This document shows, one piece after another, positions 1 through 13,370 of a stretch of 64,000 nucleotides of DNA (its first letter is position 1; every line of letters starts with the position of its first letter). Where the stretch lies: the NCBI GenBank assembly GCA_951406725.2, contig OX597827.1, positions 19,468,001 through 19,532,000 of the forward strand, read 5' to 3'. This DNA is from Octopus vulgaris (Eukaryota). The position numbers and the translations under genes are program-made. The notes below the pieces were generated by a model. The model worked only from the letters and a program-made list of their open reading frames with translations. It was not told the origin of the DNA and searched no databases.

Positions 1-110
1 CCAAGAGAAAAAGATGTTTTATAAACACATTCCACCAGTATACGAAGTTTAAAATTTTTTTAGTTACCTAGAAATTATGTTAAAAACTGCCGTTCAAACC
101 GAAAAGATCC
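1..110 (+). mobile_element. GGATC-TIR MITE, 3' end only
   Basis: Ends in AAAAACTGCCGTTCAAACCGAAAAGATCC. Confidence 0.85.
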
Positions 111-685
111 GTTTGTCTGTTATACCATGTTTTACAACCACATCTTAACAGTGGTCACTGTATTTCTTTGCCTTACAATTTTGTTAACTGAGGGATTGAA
201 AGTTAAGGAGTTTTATTAATTATTGCAGTACTTATGGCAAAATATCTAACAACAGTAACCCAGGCTGAGACCATACTGCCCCATTTTTGACCCATCAGAA
301 TCAGTCTCTTCACTTTTCTTTATAAATTCTATGCTAAATTATTAGTTACGGTAAACTCCCAGCTTCAAAATCTGATGCTAGAAAAGTATAAAGAAATTGC
401 ACCATTGCGAAGGGATGGCATGATATGTTTGGAAAAGAGAAATAAATTAATCATTTTGCAAACAATACGAGCTCCGATATAAACTTAGAGATACTCAGCC
501 TCACTAGTAACAGTGATGATGCACAAAGCCTCCACTACTAAACAGGGATTTAAACAGCTACCTGCTTCAGAACTAATTCATGCTTTTTATCATTCAGTAC
601 TTACCATTATGTACTATAGTAATTTTTGTATTTTACAGACAAGAAAGTAAAATTTGAATACAGTGTGAAAATAGTAAAATGATTG

Positions 686-940
686 GGTGGCGAGCTGGCT
701 AAGGCGGTGAGCTGGCAGAAACGTTAGCACGCCTGGCGAAATGCGTAGCCGTATTTCGTCTGTCGCTACGTTGTGAGTTCAAATTCCGCCGAGGTCGACT
801 TTGCCTTTCGTCCTTTCAGGGTCGATAAATTAAGTACCAGTTACGCACTGGAGTCTATGTAATCGACTTAATACCTATGTCTGTCCTTGTTTGTCCCCTC
901 TATGTTTAGCCCCTTGTGGGTAATATAGAAATAGGTATTT
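686..940 (+). mobile_element. tRNA-headed SINE with Meta-domain-like core (also 3724-3887 -, 9322-9555 +, 13165-13370 +, 27033-27669 - split, 35745-35870 -)
   Basis: A/B-box-like head and GTCGACTTTGCCTTTCATCCTTTCGGGGTCGATAAATTAAGTACCAG core resembling the MetaSINE domain as recalled. Confidence 0.8.
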
Positions 941-1396
941 ACCGTTATAAGTTGCCAGCAGACGGGCAACTTTTTTCCGTCTTATAAGGGTAAATACCCA
1001 ATCTTATTGCTGTTTTCGCAGTTATACTGCATTTGAAATTTACTTTCTTCTCTGTAAAATACCAAACATATTTGACGCTTCCAAAGTTTGTTGGTAATTT
1101 TTTGTATTTTATCAGCAGGAAGTGAATAACTATGTACCCTTGTACTGAGGAAGGAGCATAGTCTAACATCTTCATAACGTTAATTAGTGACATGATTTGA
1201 CTTTCTCCTTTAAATTTTATTTTATACATTGTTTTATATAATTAGAAATATTAGTAATATAAAAATTGATGATTGAAGTACCTTGTCTGTTTGGTTCTTC
1301 ACTGAAACAATTTTCATTTCCTGCAGTTAAAATATCTAATTGCTTGTTTGCATTAACCGTTTGTTATTTTTCATTATCATGATGATTTCAATGCCT

Positions 1397-1815
1397 GGAT
1401 CTTTTCGGTTTGAACGACAGTTTTTTCTAGCGGTGTCATATGAAATTGTCACCCATATTATGACCCTAGAATCGATCTATTGCATTTCAATCTGTTTTTG
1501 GGTTAGGGTTAGGGGTGGGGGAAAGAGTATCATATTTTTCTTCAGAAATGTAAATAAACCCAATCTGTTTCTTAAATAAGGGACATATTCATACGGTACA
1601 GAACGTTTTTTACCTCAATGGACGTCATTGATTGGTTGAAATTGCAAAAATTGAAGAAAAAAACCCAACAAATATCTTACAAACTCTAGAATTTTCTCAA
1701 TAAAGCCAAGAGAAAAAGATGTTTTATAAACACATTCTACCAGTATACGAAGTTCAAAAGTGTTTAGTTACATGGAAAATATTTTTAAAAACTGCCATTC
1801 AAACAGAAAAGATCC
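1397..1815 (+). mobile_element. GGATC-TIR MITE (~420 bp, Merlin-like)
   Basis: ~29-bp TIR GGATCTTTTCGGTTTGAACGGCAGTTTTT, internal TTAGGG repeats, degenerate 8-bp TSD. Confidence 0.85.
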
Positions 1816-2400
1816 CAATGTTTTCCTTTTTTTAATGAAATATTTTTTCATCTTTTTATTTTAACATTTTGTGTTTTCTTTTATTTCTTACTTTTTGTCT
1901 TTTTTTTGGTGAGAGAGGGTTTTCTGTTTTTGTTAGCTTGCTTCATTGCTTGTTAATCACACACACATCTGTTTGCTTTGCCATGTTATATTTTGTCTTC
2001 TTCCTCTGTTTTTAATTACCCTTAGTGGTAATTAAAAAAAATTGGGTTTTTTTTTGTATTTTTTTCCTATTTTGATGTGTTATTGTCTTGCTTCCTTTAC
2101 ATGCCATTGTTATGTTATATGCTGTTTACAATGTGATAGTATGTCTTTTATCGAATTATAGTCCATTATTGAATCTGTTACTGTATGCCATTATCTCCTG
2201 TGTCACTGGTTGTGTTATAACATGCCAATGTTTATGGAAGATGTCGTTGGCAGACACAGCTTTCTGCTTTCTAATATGTTACAGCATGCTATCTTTTACA
2301 TTGTGATTTTAACTGCTATGTCAGCTTATGTGTTATCGCTTCCTGTAAACATTTCACATTGTTATAGCTTTTTAACACTTTATGTTAACTGACTGTGGAA

Positions 2401-3085
2401 TGAGTATTTGAGGAATGGCAACAGAGGAGGAATCTCAGTGTTGTAATTGTGATACAGCATGGATTTTTGGTTGAGTATTTGAGGAATGGCAACAGAGGTG
2501 GAATATCAATGTTGTAATTGTGATACAGCATGGATTTTTGGTTGAGTATTTGAGGAATGGCAACAGAGGTGGAATATCAATGTTGTAATTGTGATACAGC
2601 ATGGATTTTTGGTTGAGTATTTGAGGAATGGCAACAGAGGTGGAATATCAATGTTGTAATTGTGATACAGCATGGATTTTTGGTTGTCTTTGATATTGCT
2701 TTTATATTATTCCTTTGTTGGCAATGTATCTGGATAGACTGAGGTGACTCAAGTTCAAACCGAGTTTGGTCATTTTTGGTTGAGTGTTTGAGGAATGGCA
2801 ACAGAGGTGGAATATCAATGTTGTAATTGTGATACAGCATGGATTTTTGGTTGAGTGTTTGAGGAATGGCAACAGAGGTGGAATCTCAGTGTTGTAATTG
2901 TGATACAGCATGGATTTTTGGTTGAGTGTTTGAGGAATGGCAACAGAGGAGGAATGGCAATGTTGTAATTGTGATACAGCATGGATTTTTGGTTGTCTTT
3001 GATATTGCTTTTATATTATTCCTTTGTTGGCAATGTATCTGGATAGACTGAGGTGACTCAAGTTCAAACCGAGTTTGGTCATTTT
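2401..3085. repeat. 71-bp minisatellite with higher-order (A4B)(A3B) structure
   Basis: A units at 2401, 2472, 2543, 2614 and 2781, 2852, 2923. A ~90-bp B segment follows each block. Confidence 0.9.
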
Positions 3086-6028
3086 ATTGCATATTTGGCA
3101 AGATAATTCTACACCGTTTATTTCACCCATCATCCATTGATAGAGAATAAGTTCTGGGGCTTCTGACAATGTTATCTTTGATAGTCTGGCATCCTATATG
3201 GAGGAAAAAAAATTCTCATCTCAAGGAACAACATATTAGTTTACAAAAGACTTGTACAGCTGTGGAGAAATTCAGCTTCGTTAAGCAACCCATGAGTTTT
3301 TCCTTTACACTCATAGCATGCATTTCATTATTTCATTCTACCTGGTTGGAAAAAGGAACAGAATGGGGACACATTCTCGGGCAATATTGCCTATTATGCT
3401 CACACTGTCATCTCATCGAAGTGTAACATTGTGCTTCACAGTCAATAAACCTGTTGGGTTAATTAAACATCATCTAATCTATTTGGCAAATGAACTTTCT
3501 TTTCTCATTATTTAATAACTAATCTGTGTCCCTATACAAGTGTGTGGATCTATCTACACATATGTTTCTCTCTTTCTCTGTTGGTGGCCTTCTGTCTGTC
3601 TGTCTCTCTTTCTCCACACACACACACACACACACACACACATCTTGTTTTAATCATTGGACTACAACCATGCTAGGACATGGCCTTGATGACTGTTTAA
3701 TCAAATGAATGGGCCCCCCTTCCCAATTTGATCGACCCCAGTATGCAACTGGTACTTAATTTATGGACCCCGAAAGGATGAAAGGCAAAGTCGACCTCGT
3801 TGGAATTTGAACTCAGAACGTAGCGGCAGAGGAAATGCCGATAAGCATTTCGCCCGGCGTGCTGGCGTTTCTGTCAGCTCACCGCCTTGCTGATAAGTCT
3901 TTATTACTGACCAATGACATTTCAACCACACCACTGAGTGGTCATTTGTTAGAAAAAGCTACCCTAAAGTGGTTCAAGTTTTTTCGATTAAGCTATTTTC
4001 TTGTAGAGCTCAAACCGGGTTTGTATATTGCTCAAACCGGGTTTGTAAGTTCTGTCTACAAATTGACTTCCTTGTCAATATATGTAAAATTCTTTGTCTG
4101 TCTGTCTGCTCCCTCTGCATTTTCAAATGGCTTGGCCAAATCAAATCAAATTTTACAAGGTAGTAGTATCAGACATAGAAGTGGCTGTGTTGGTAAGTAG
4201 CTTGCTTACCAACCACATGGTTCTGGGTTCAGTCCCACTGCGTGGCACCTTGGGCAAGTGTCTTCTACTGTAGCCTCGGGCCAACCAAAGCCTTGAGTGG
4301 ATTTGGTAGATGGAAACTGAAAGAAGCCCATCATATATATACATATATGTTTGTGTGTCTGTGTTTGTCCCCCCTAACATCGTTTGACAACCGATGTTGG
4401 TGTGTTTACGTCCCTGTAACTTAGCAGTTCGGCAAAAGAGACCAATAGAATAAGTACTAGGCTTACAAACAATAAGTCCTGGTGTCGATTTGCTCGACTA
4501 AAGGCGGTGCTCCAGCATGGCCACAGTCAAATGACTGAAACAAGTAAAAAAGTGGTTGTGTGTATTTTTTATCTTTTTTCTTTTTCTACCTATTAGAGTA
4601 ACTTACCTTTGACTAAAACCGTTGACTAAAAGTCAACGGTTTTTCATAGCATTTGTTGCCATTAATAACCGACGAGAATATATCGTAGCTCTTCGCTCCG
4701 AATTTCGTAACTCCGAATACTATAATGACAACTTTTTACTGTTTGTTCTAAATTATAACATATATATATATATATATATATATATGACAATTGTTACCAA
4801 CGTCGATTCACTGGCACCTATGCCGTTGGCATGTGTAAAAAACATTCGAGCGAGGTCGTCGCCAGTACCGCCTGACTGGCCCATGTGTAAAAAGATTCAA
4901 GCGAGGTCATTGCCAGTACCGCCTGACTGGCCCTCGTGCCGGTGGCACGTAAAAAGCACCCACTACACTCTCGGAGCAGTTGGCGTTAGAAAGGGCATCC
5001 AGCTGTAGAAACTCTGCCAGATCAAGACTGGAGCCTGGTGCAGCCATCTGGTTTGCCAGCCCTCAGTCAAAATCGTCCAACCCATGCTAGCATGGAAAGC
5101 AGACGTTAAACGATGATGATGATGATATATTTAAAATAGGATAAAATCTTCATAAGAATTTATCAAGTAGTTAGCGTGAAAAACCTCATAACAGAAAAAT
5201 CCATTAATTTTTCTCTTAAATATATTTATTTATATTATATTGAGGGCATTACTATACATAAATGCCACACACTAGGAGGGACTCTTAAAGTCAAAACTAC
5301 CAAAATATATAATGGTCTAATATATATATATATATATAAGACCACTGAAATATACAAGCTTTTTTCACTCTTTCTCTGTGTTTAATTTCTCTTATTCCTT
5401 TCTGTTGAAGAGCATAGGCTCGAAACATAAAAAACTTTTTCATTTTTCCTGAGCGTCAAACTAATACACTTGCTTGTTGTTCATACACCTGTCTTTGTCT
5501 TTATTATTTCTATAAATTTCAACTATATATATATATATATATTTATATATATAAGATATATTTGACTGACAGCTTATCTGTCTCGCAAACTATAGTCTGC
5601 TGCATTTCATTAGTTAAAAGAATTTAACCAAAAGTCAAAAAAGGTTTCCTAATTCAATTTTCCAGGATTCTCTCTGCTCTTCTTTGCTCATATTTTCATA
5701 GTACTTGCATGCATTGCATTCCTATAGCAACACACACATATTAGTGTTGATGTGTGTATATTTCTACACGGCTGGGGCATTGAATGCATACCTATATCAA
5801 ATCATGATATGGTTATATACATACCTTGCATGAACATATAGTTTCACTATACACATATTTTGCATAATTTCATCATATGAATGTACAAATCTTTTGCATG
5901 AAACTATAGAATGAAAATCCACGTGATAACTCATTTTTATGTTTACATAGATCAAGATTTCCAAATAAAATTACATGAAACATTCTATTTGCTATATCTT
6001 TAAATTTGTATGTCACATAACTGCCTCT

Positions 6029-6068
6029 GTATATATATACATATATATATATATACATATATATATAC

Positions 6069-6101
<33 letters not shown>

Positions 6102-6239
6102 CATATATATACATATATATACATACACACACACACACATATATATGCATACATATACATATATATATGTATATATGTATGTATATGTATATATATGTAT
6201 ATGTATGTATGTATATGTATATATATGTATGTATGTATG

Positions 6240-6272
<33 letters not shown>

Positions 6273-6290
6273 ATATATTTGTGTGTGTGT
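6029..6290. repeat. Compound TA/TACA/TATG microsatellite
   Basis: Directly visible; source of the four YI-rich ORFs. Confidence 0.95.
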
Positions 6291-6516
6291 CTTTGTGTCT
6301 CACTACCATTTGACAACCGATGTTGTTGTGTTTATTATCCCCCATAACTTTGTTGTTCAGCAAAAGTGACCAATTGAATAAGTAACAGGCTTACAAAAAA
6401 AAAACCCCAAAAAAGTAGTACTGGGTTCAATTCATAAGACTTAAGATTGTCCAGTGCAGTGGCCAACAGTCAAATGACTGAAGCAAGTAAAAGATAAAAA
6501 GATACTTGTATATGTG

Positions 6517-6549
<33 letters not shown>

Positions 6550-6644
6550 ATATATATCGCATATATATATATATATACACACACATATAACTTAGAAAGG
6601 TTTTGGCCAGTTTGGCCCCACCTCTGTCTAACTTAATAGCACCA

Positions 6645-7690
6645 CCTGGCAAAGTCTTTCAATTCAGTATTTGGGCACCAAGGCCCATTCGAGCAGAGAG
6701 TTATTGTTTGCGGAGACATATCCGGGTGTGGGTAGTTTATGCGGGACTGTTTGAAGGAATTTGTCCAAAGACTTCTTGAATTTTGTGTGGTCAGTTTCTG
6801 TTTTGACGTGTCCTGGTGTAATGTTTTTTGTTTGTTCCTTCTTGAGCCCTGCCTGGCTCATAAGGGCCGGTTTCCTGGTTTCTTGGCATATAGGTTCCCC
6901 ACCTGGACAGGAGGCCGGTCCGTCACAGGTGAGCTGCAAGATGCAGGAGGAAAGAGTGAGAGAAAATTGTGGCGAAAGAGTCAGCAGAAGTTCGCCATTA
7001 CCTTCTGCTGGAGCCGCGTGGAGCTTAGGTGTTTTCACTCATAAACACACACATCGCCTGGTCTGAGATTTGAACCCGCGATCCCTTGACCGTGAGTCCG
7101 CTGCTCTAACCACAAGGCCACGTGCCTCTGAACTGGTGTAATGTTGAAGAGAGCGGGTCCAATTGAGGTGAAATAATTGTGCCGTATTGTTATGAGATGC
7201 GATTTAGATTTTTGTTGTGGACGGACGGCACGGGGTTCAAGTCTTGGATGCATTTTGAAGGTGATGCCAACATCATTCGGACAGTGCTGATGGAATGTTT
7301 TCCACCTCATACAAATAATGTAGCATTCACGGCATCGTTGGAGTGAATAGAGTTTTAGCTTTTCTAATCGATCCCAGTAGTCGAGGTCTGACATGCCATC
7401 TATCTTTTTCGTGATTGACCTTTGGGGAGCTTCAATTCTCATAATATTTTGTTTCATGTAGGGACACCACAGTGGACAGCAGTATTCAAGGTACAGTCGG
7501 GCAAAAGTGGAGAAGAGAGGGATAATGGTATGGGAATCTCTCGACTGGAAGGTTCTGAGAATCCAGGAACACATTCTGCGGGCCATGTCAACTTTGCTGC
7601 TTATATGTGTAGCCCAGCTTACGTTGTTGTTCACAGTTACTCCCAAGTCTCTGATGTTGTTAGATGCCATGAGAATTTCACCAAAAGGAA
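6645..7690 (-). mobile_element. CR1/L2-group LINE ORF2 C-terminal fragment, interrupted by a SINE
   Basis: IRDLGV...W..HI...ILRTF...LEYC.PLW.P...LDYWDRLEKLKLYSLQR. Confidence 0.85.
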
Positions 7691-7703
7691 GGGCGTATGG
7701 GAG

Positions 7704-7744
<41 letters not shown>

Positions 7745-9023
7745 ATGTATTTTACATTTGGGTAAATACCAGGCAGTATGCTGCTTAAAGCTTGTTCACA
7801 GTATTTGGCTACCTGATGTCATCAGCAGTGTGGAGGTATATCCCACTGGATTTACTTCAGGAATTCCTTTACAAAAATGAGAGAAAGAAAACAAGATTCA
7901 TGATACTCATTGTTCATCACGATCATTTCAACCCATTGTGCACTGGTACCTCACATGTGAGATGCTGTATAAACAATTGTAGTGCATCATAGTTGTAGAT
8001 ATAACTCCTCAGGTGATTTGTCTTAAAATAGCTCGTTTTTTACTTGCCAACGAGTGTGATCGTTGACAGAGAGGCTATTCGAGTATGATCGTTACCAGCA
8101 TCGCCTTACTGGCACTTATGCCCTTGCTAGTAGGGTGCCAAGAACGCCATCCGAGCTTGATCGTTGTGATCGTTGCCAGAGCAGCCAACTGGCTTCCATA
8201 CCCATGGCACGTAAAAGGGCACCATTTGAGCGTGATCATTACCAACGTCGCTTCACTGGCACCTGTGTCGGTGGCACGTGTAAAAAGATTCAAGCGAGGT
8301 TATTGCCAGTACCACCTGACTGGTCCCCGTGCAGGTGGCACGTAAAAAGCACCTACTACACTCTCGGAGTATTTGGCGTTAGGAATGGCATCCAGCTGTA
8401 GAAACTCTGCCAGATCAAGACTGGAGCCTGGTGCAGCCATCTGGTTGCCAGCCCTCAGTCAAAACCGTCCAACCCATGCTAGCATGGAAAATAGATGTTA
8501 AATGATGATGATGATGATTTTGCTTATTTGTATAACAATTCATTTTAGTAGTTGTAGTGTACTGCCTGTCTATACACGGAACTGATATAGAATGAAGAAC
8601 CCCTCTCATATAGATATCAGATAACTGAAATATAATATGAAAATAATTACCTGAGTTCAACGGAGTGTTTGGAGCTCAGCACATTCCTCTGGCTTGCCAG
8701 CTTCTGTCAAACTGTCCAACCCATGCCAGCATGGAAAAACAGACCTTCAATGGGAATGGTGATAATGATAATTTAAAGTAAAAAAACACGGCAAGAACAA
8801 ACTATAACAAATACGGTGTTAGCTTAACACTTGCGTTTACTATGGAGTGTCTCGATGTTTCAGTCATTGATCCTTCTTATAAAGATAAGGAAGAGAAGAG
8901 AGAGAGAGAGAGAGAGAGGGAGAAAGAAAGAGTGCATGTATGAAAAAAAAAGAAAATTTACATAATTGTGGGATGGATGCAAGGGGAAGGGAAGAGCTAA
9001 AATCCAGGTGTGGCTACGATTCT

Positions 9024-9250
9024 TTAACCCTTTAGTAATTAAACTGGCCATATCCGGCCAAAATAGTTAATCTGTTTTATGTTCAAACTGATCAGATCCA
9101 GGCTCTCACACATACCCTACAATGTTATTCTACATTAGGTAATTACACCATCAAGATCTTGAAGATATGAGATAATGCATGATTAATTCAAATCAATGGG
9201 AATCAATAAGCATTATGTTTGATAGGATAATCTGAACGCTAAAGGGTTAA
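9024..9250. mobile_element. piggyBac-type MITE, second family (also 29178-29405, 31917-32145, ~50526-50753)
   Basis: TTAA-CCCTTTAG ... CTAAAGGG-TTAA with a shared interior among the copies. Confidence 0.85.
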
Positions 9251-10237
9251 AGGTGGTTAAGGAAAGAGGTGGAGTTTATGTATGTGTGTGGATTAGTATG
9301 CATGTAATTGGTATAGTATAAGGCGGCGAGCTGGCAGAATCGTTAGCACGCCGGGCGAAATGCTTAGTGGTATTTTGTCTGCCGTTACGTTCTGGGTTCA
9401 AATTCCGCCAAGGTCGACTTTGCCTTTCATCCTTTCGGGGTCAATTAAATAAGTACCAGTTACACACTGGGGTCGATATGATTGACTTAGTCTGTTTTCT
9501 GTCCTTGTTTATCCTCTCTGTGTTTAGCCCCTTGTGGGTAGTGAAGAAATAGGTATAGTGAAAGCTTTGTCTATGAGTTTCACTAAACAATGTTGAGGGA
9601 TTTCAAAATTTAATATATTTTGAACTAGTATAAAACATCTTTAAACCATTGTTTCTTTTTTGTTGTTTTTCTAAACAATATCTTTTAAAAGTTCTAAAAT
9701 CTTCATATATCTATTTAGAATTTTTCTTAAATCTTTGCAAATTGCATATATTTTTAGAAGTTTGTAGTTTATACCCTGTATACAGTGTTTGTATAGATGT
9801 ATACCATTGAATCCTCTTAACCTTTGATAAGTTTCTAATTGAAAGTTATTCACTAATCCTGGATTTAACTATGGATAGCTGGGAGTACATAAAATTCTCT
9901 AATTGGTTTCAATTTTGTTTTTCAGCCTCTTTTGCTGTAGAATAATTAGCTTTTAATTAAGCATAACTTTGTAATACAAATAATTGTACTTTCGCCACTA
10001 TCTCTCTTAACAAATAAGCAATGCACGATACTCCTTGTCATGGTATGAGTTGTGAATACTTTCTAAATATTTGTTGACAGAATAGGTGAAAAGATAATTC
10101 TTGCATTTTGGCAATCTAGTATGTTAAATGAGATTAGATTGAGATTAGATTAGATTGAGTTGTGATAGAAATAACGGTAACACCAAGACAAAGAAAAGAT
10201 AGCCGAAAGTAATTTCCTGAAAGAGTATAAGCTATAG

Positions 10238-10433
10238 CAGTGGTTCCCAAACTATGAGTCATGACCCATCTGTAGGTCGCGAACGGAATCTTAGTGGGTC
10301 GCAAGAAGTTATAAAATTGCGCATTAGCTTTGATTAACTGCTGTCTATCGAGATAGATCGAGACTTAAATGGGTCGTCATAAACTGGTGTGATAAATAGT
10401 GGGTCGCGACTCTAAAAAGTTTGGGAACCACTG
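10238..10433 (+). mobile_element. hAT (Charlie-like) MITE; second copy at 29672-29845 (-)
   Basis: CAGTGGTTCCCAAA TIRs, 8-bp TSDs AGCTATAG and ACATAGAT. Confidence 0.9.
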
Positions 10434-10652
10434 AGCTATAGTATTGATGATGATGATGATGATGATACTAATAATGTTTTGTTTAAAATGCATGCAAATT
10501 GCTTGATTATACTAACAACAAACTAACTTACTTGTATGCATCCTTCTTTCTTTCTCTTTTTCTCTTTCTTTCCCTCTCTCTCTCTCTTTCTGTCTTTCTC
10601 TTCCCCTCTCTCTCTTTCTCTTCCCGTCTTCTCTTTATCCCATCTCTATTAG

Positions 10653-10890
10653 ATCACTGATCAACTCCTCACCTGTGTTGCCAAACAGCTAGAAAATGTG
10701 AAGCAAGTCAAAGACTATGCTCGAGCACGCTATGACTTTGCCGCCAGTACTAAGGATGATCTCAGCTTCAGAAAGGGCGATCGTATTGAGGTCTTGGAAA
10801 TTGGTTCAGACTGGGCACAAGGGCGCCACAACAAGAAAGTGGGATATTTTCCCACTGGTTTTGTTTCCTTTGAAGAGGATTTGCACAATG
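10653..10890 (+). CDS. Multi-SH3 adaptor (SH3D19/Eve-1-like), internal exon encoding a complete SH3 domain
   Basis: Long CT tract and AG at 10651-10652, GTAAG donor at 10891. Translates ITDQLLTCVAKQLENVKQVKDYARARYDFAASTKDDLSFRKGDRIEVLEIGSDWAQGRHNKKVGYFPTGFV with SH3 motifs (YDF, DLSF.KGD, W, G.FP..FV). The SH3D19 assignment is from recalled similarity only. Confidence 0.9.
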
Positions 10891-12235
10891 GTAAGAACTG
10901 CAGTTTGAGAATGCATTGTAAATCCTTACAGTCTTTGAAAAAAAAAAAAAAAAATGAAATTGAAACAAATAAATGCATTAATGTAAACTCATTAGAAAGA
11001 CTCTTTGTCTGTCTGTCTGTCTGTCAATTTCTGTGTGTGTGTGTGTGTGTGTGTCGTCGTATGTTTGTCTTCCATCCATGCTAGCATTGGTTGGATTGTT
11101 CAACAGGCTCCACAGTGAGCTCCAATGTCTGTATTAGCTGCTTTCTACAGTCAGATACCTTCTTAAATACCAACAACTTTTCAAAGTCTACTGAGTTCTT
11201 TATTGTAGCACCAGCACCAGTGAGGTCTCCACGTAATAAGACAAAACAGCATCCTTGACTGAGTGGAGGTGTAAAAAAGGGAGGGAGATGGCTTTATGCC
11301 TGGTACTGAGTAGCTAAAGTACAAGAGGTGGACATAAAGTGGTGTCTTGCTGGAGGGGAAATACATGGCCACCCCGTATTATATAAGGTTGGAAGTGACT
11401 GGAAAGAGAGACAAAGATGGTAGTGATTAGGTGTCAGAGTGTAACATGAAAGTATATACATGATATAGAATGTGTGTGTAATGTTTATATCCTCATAATC
11501 ATTTATGTCCAGCTTCCATGCTGGTATGGGTTGGATAGTTTGGCTGGGTCTGATGGGTTGGAGCACTACATCATACACAAATGTCTCCTTTGATGTAGGT
11601 ATCTGCCAATCAACCCTTTGCTCAGTGTGCATGAGACAAGAGATTTGAGTGAAAAATAATTAGAAGTGATTGGCAGCGCATGTGATACACTGCAGGTAAA
11701 GATTACATCTCTATGATTTAATGCGGGCCTGAACAGATAGCTATAAGGGAGAGGATTAGGGCAGATGTTGCAATGGAAGTTGCATGGTTTCTGAATGATA
11801 TGTTATTAGAGTGCATAGGGCCAATAGATGAAATGTGGATGAACAACAGTGCTGCTTTTCTTTTTATTACCGAGTTGCGAAGACCAGTTGAGGCAAGTGA
11901 AATGAGATTGTAGAGAGGCACCGTTGAATGATCAAAGCCACGACCAAAAGAGATCATACTTCCTCAATTGAGGCAATGTTTCAATACAATGTTACCTTGG
12001 TTCGGCTTATATAGGTATATATGGGATTGCATGCATATTTAGATATTTCATATATATATATGTGTGTGTGTGTGTGGGTGATGTGCATGGATGAAGACAG
12101 CTGTATAAAGAAGTACCAGTCAGTAAAAGGGGGTAGGGCTTGTGGAGAGAGGGAGATCATGAAGTTATGGGACATGGTGAAGACTGATCTCAGGACCTTC
12201 AACCTCTCATCAGCAAAAATGAGTTCCCGCAGAGC

Positions 12236-12274
<39 letters not shown>

Positions 12275-12278
<4 letters not shown>

Positions 12279-13170
12279 ATCGAAATCGATCGACATCAAT
12301 AGAAATTGTAGCTGTGATACTAGTGCCGGTGGCACATAAGTGAACCATCCGAACGTGGCCGTTGCCAGCACCGCCCCGACGGGCCTTCGTGCCAGTGACA
12401 CGTAAAAAGCACCATCTGATCATGGCCGTTTGCCAGCCTCGTCTGGCACGTAATAAGCACCCACTACATTCATGGAGTGGTTGGCGTTAGGAAGGGCATC
12501 CAGCCGTAGAAACATTGCCAGATCAGACTGGGCCTGGTGCAGCCTTCTGGCTTCCCAGAACCCAATTGAACCGTCCAACCCATGCTAACATGGAAAGCGG
12601 ATGCTAAATGATGATGATGATATATCACCATCATCATTGTTTAACGTCCGCTTTCCATGCTAGCATGGGTTGGATGATTTGACTGAGGACTGGCGAACCA
12701 GATAGCTGCACCAGGATCCAATCTGATCTGGCAGAGTTTCTACAGCTGGATACCCTTCCTAACGCCGACCACTTCGAGAGTGTAGTGGGTGCTTTTACGT
12801 GCCACCGGCACAGGGGCCAGTAAGGTGGTACTGGCAATGGCCATGCTCAAATGGTGTTTTTTTATGTGCCACCTGTGCAGGAGCCAGTCCAGTGGAACTG
12901 GCAATGACCTCACTCGAATGTTTTTTCACGTGCCACCGACACAAGTGCCAGTAAGGCGACACTGGTAACGATCACGCTCGAATTGTGTTTTTTACATCCC
13001 ACCAGCACAGAGGCTAGCTTGTTGCTCTGGCAACGATCACGCTCATATGGTACTCTTAGCGCTCCACTAGCATCGATGCCAGTCATCGAATTTGATTTCG
13101 ATTTCACTTGCCTCAGCATGTTTAGCAGAGTTTAGTGTCCAATGAAGGAAAGGTACGCACAAGTGGGCAG
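12275..13170. mobile_element. Two RTE 3' tails joined tail-to-tail
   Basis: + copy ends in (GAT)n at ~12620, - copy begins with (CAT)n at ~12626. Confidence 0.85.
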
Positions 13171-13370
13171 AATCATTCGCACGCCAGGTGAAATGGTTAG
13201 CAGTATTTTGTCTGCCACTATGTTCTGACTTCAAATTCCACCGAGGTCAACTTTGGTTGTCATCCTTTCAGGGTCGATAAATTAAGTACCTGTGAAGTAC
13301 TGGGATCTATGTGATCGATTCACCCTCTCCTCCAAAATTTCAGGCCTTGTGCCTAGAGTAGAAAGGATTA

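Noticed and set aside
1495-1520. TTAGGG repeats as an interstitial telomere
   Set aside because: Only 2-3 units and an integral part of the MITE.
2401-3085. CRISPR-like appearance of tandem arrays (also 48850-49835 and 56030-56640)
   Set aside because: No unique spacers, eukaryotic context, no cas genes.
3145-3450. Possible upstream exon of the SH3 gene
   Set aside because: No SH3 motif and no consistent splice sites or phase; upstream exons probably lie outside the window.
4615-4643. Perfect 13-bp hairpin resembling a terminator
   Set aside because: Isolated, eukaryotic context, probably the end of an unclassified repeat; no supporting features.
5873-6369. YI/IY-rich ORFs
   Set aside because: Translations of a TA-based microsatellite.
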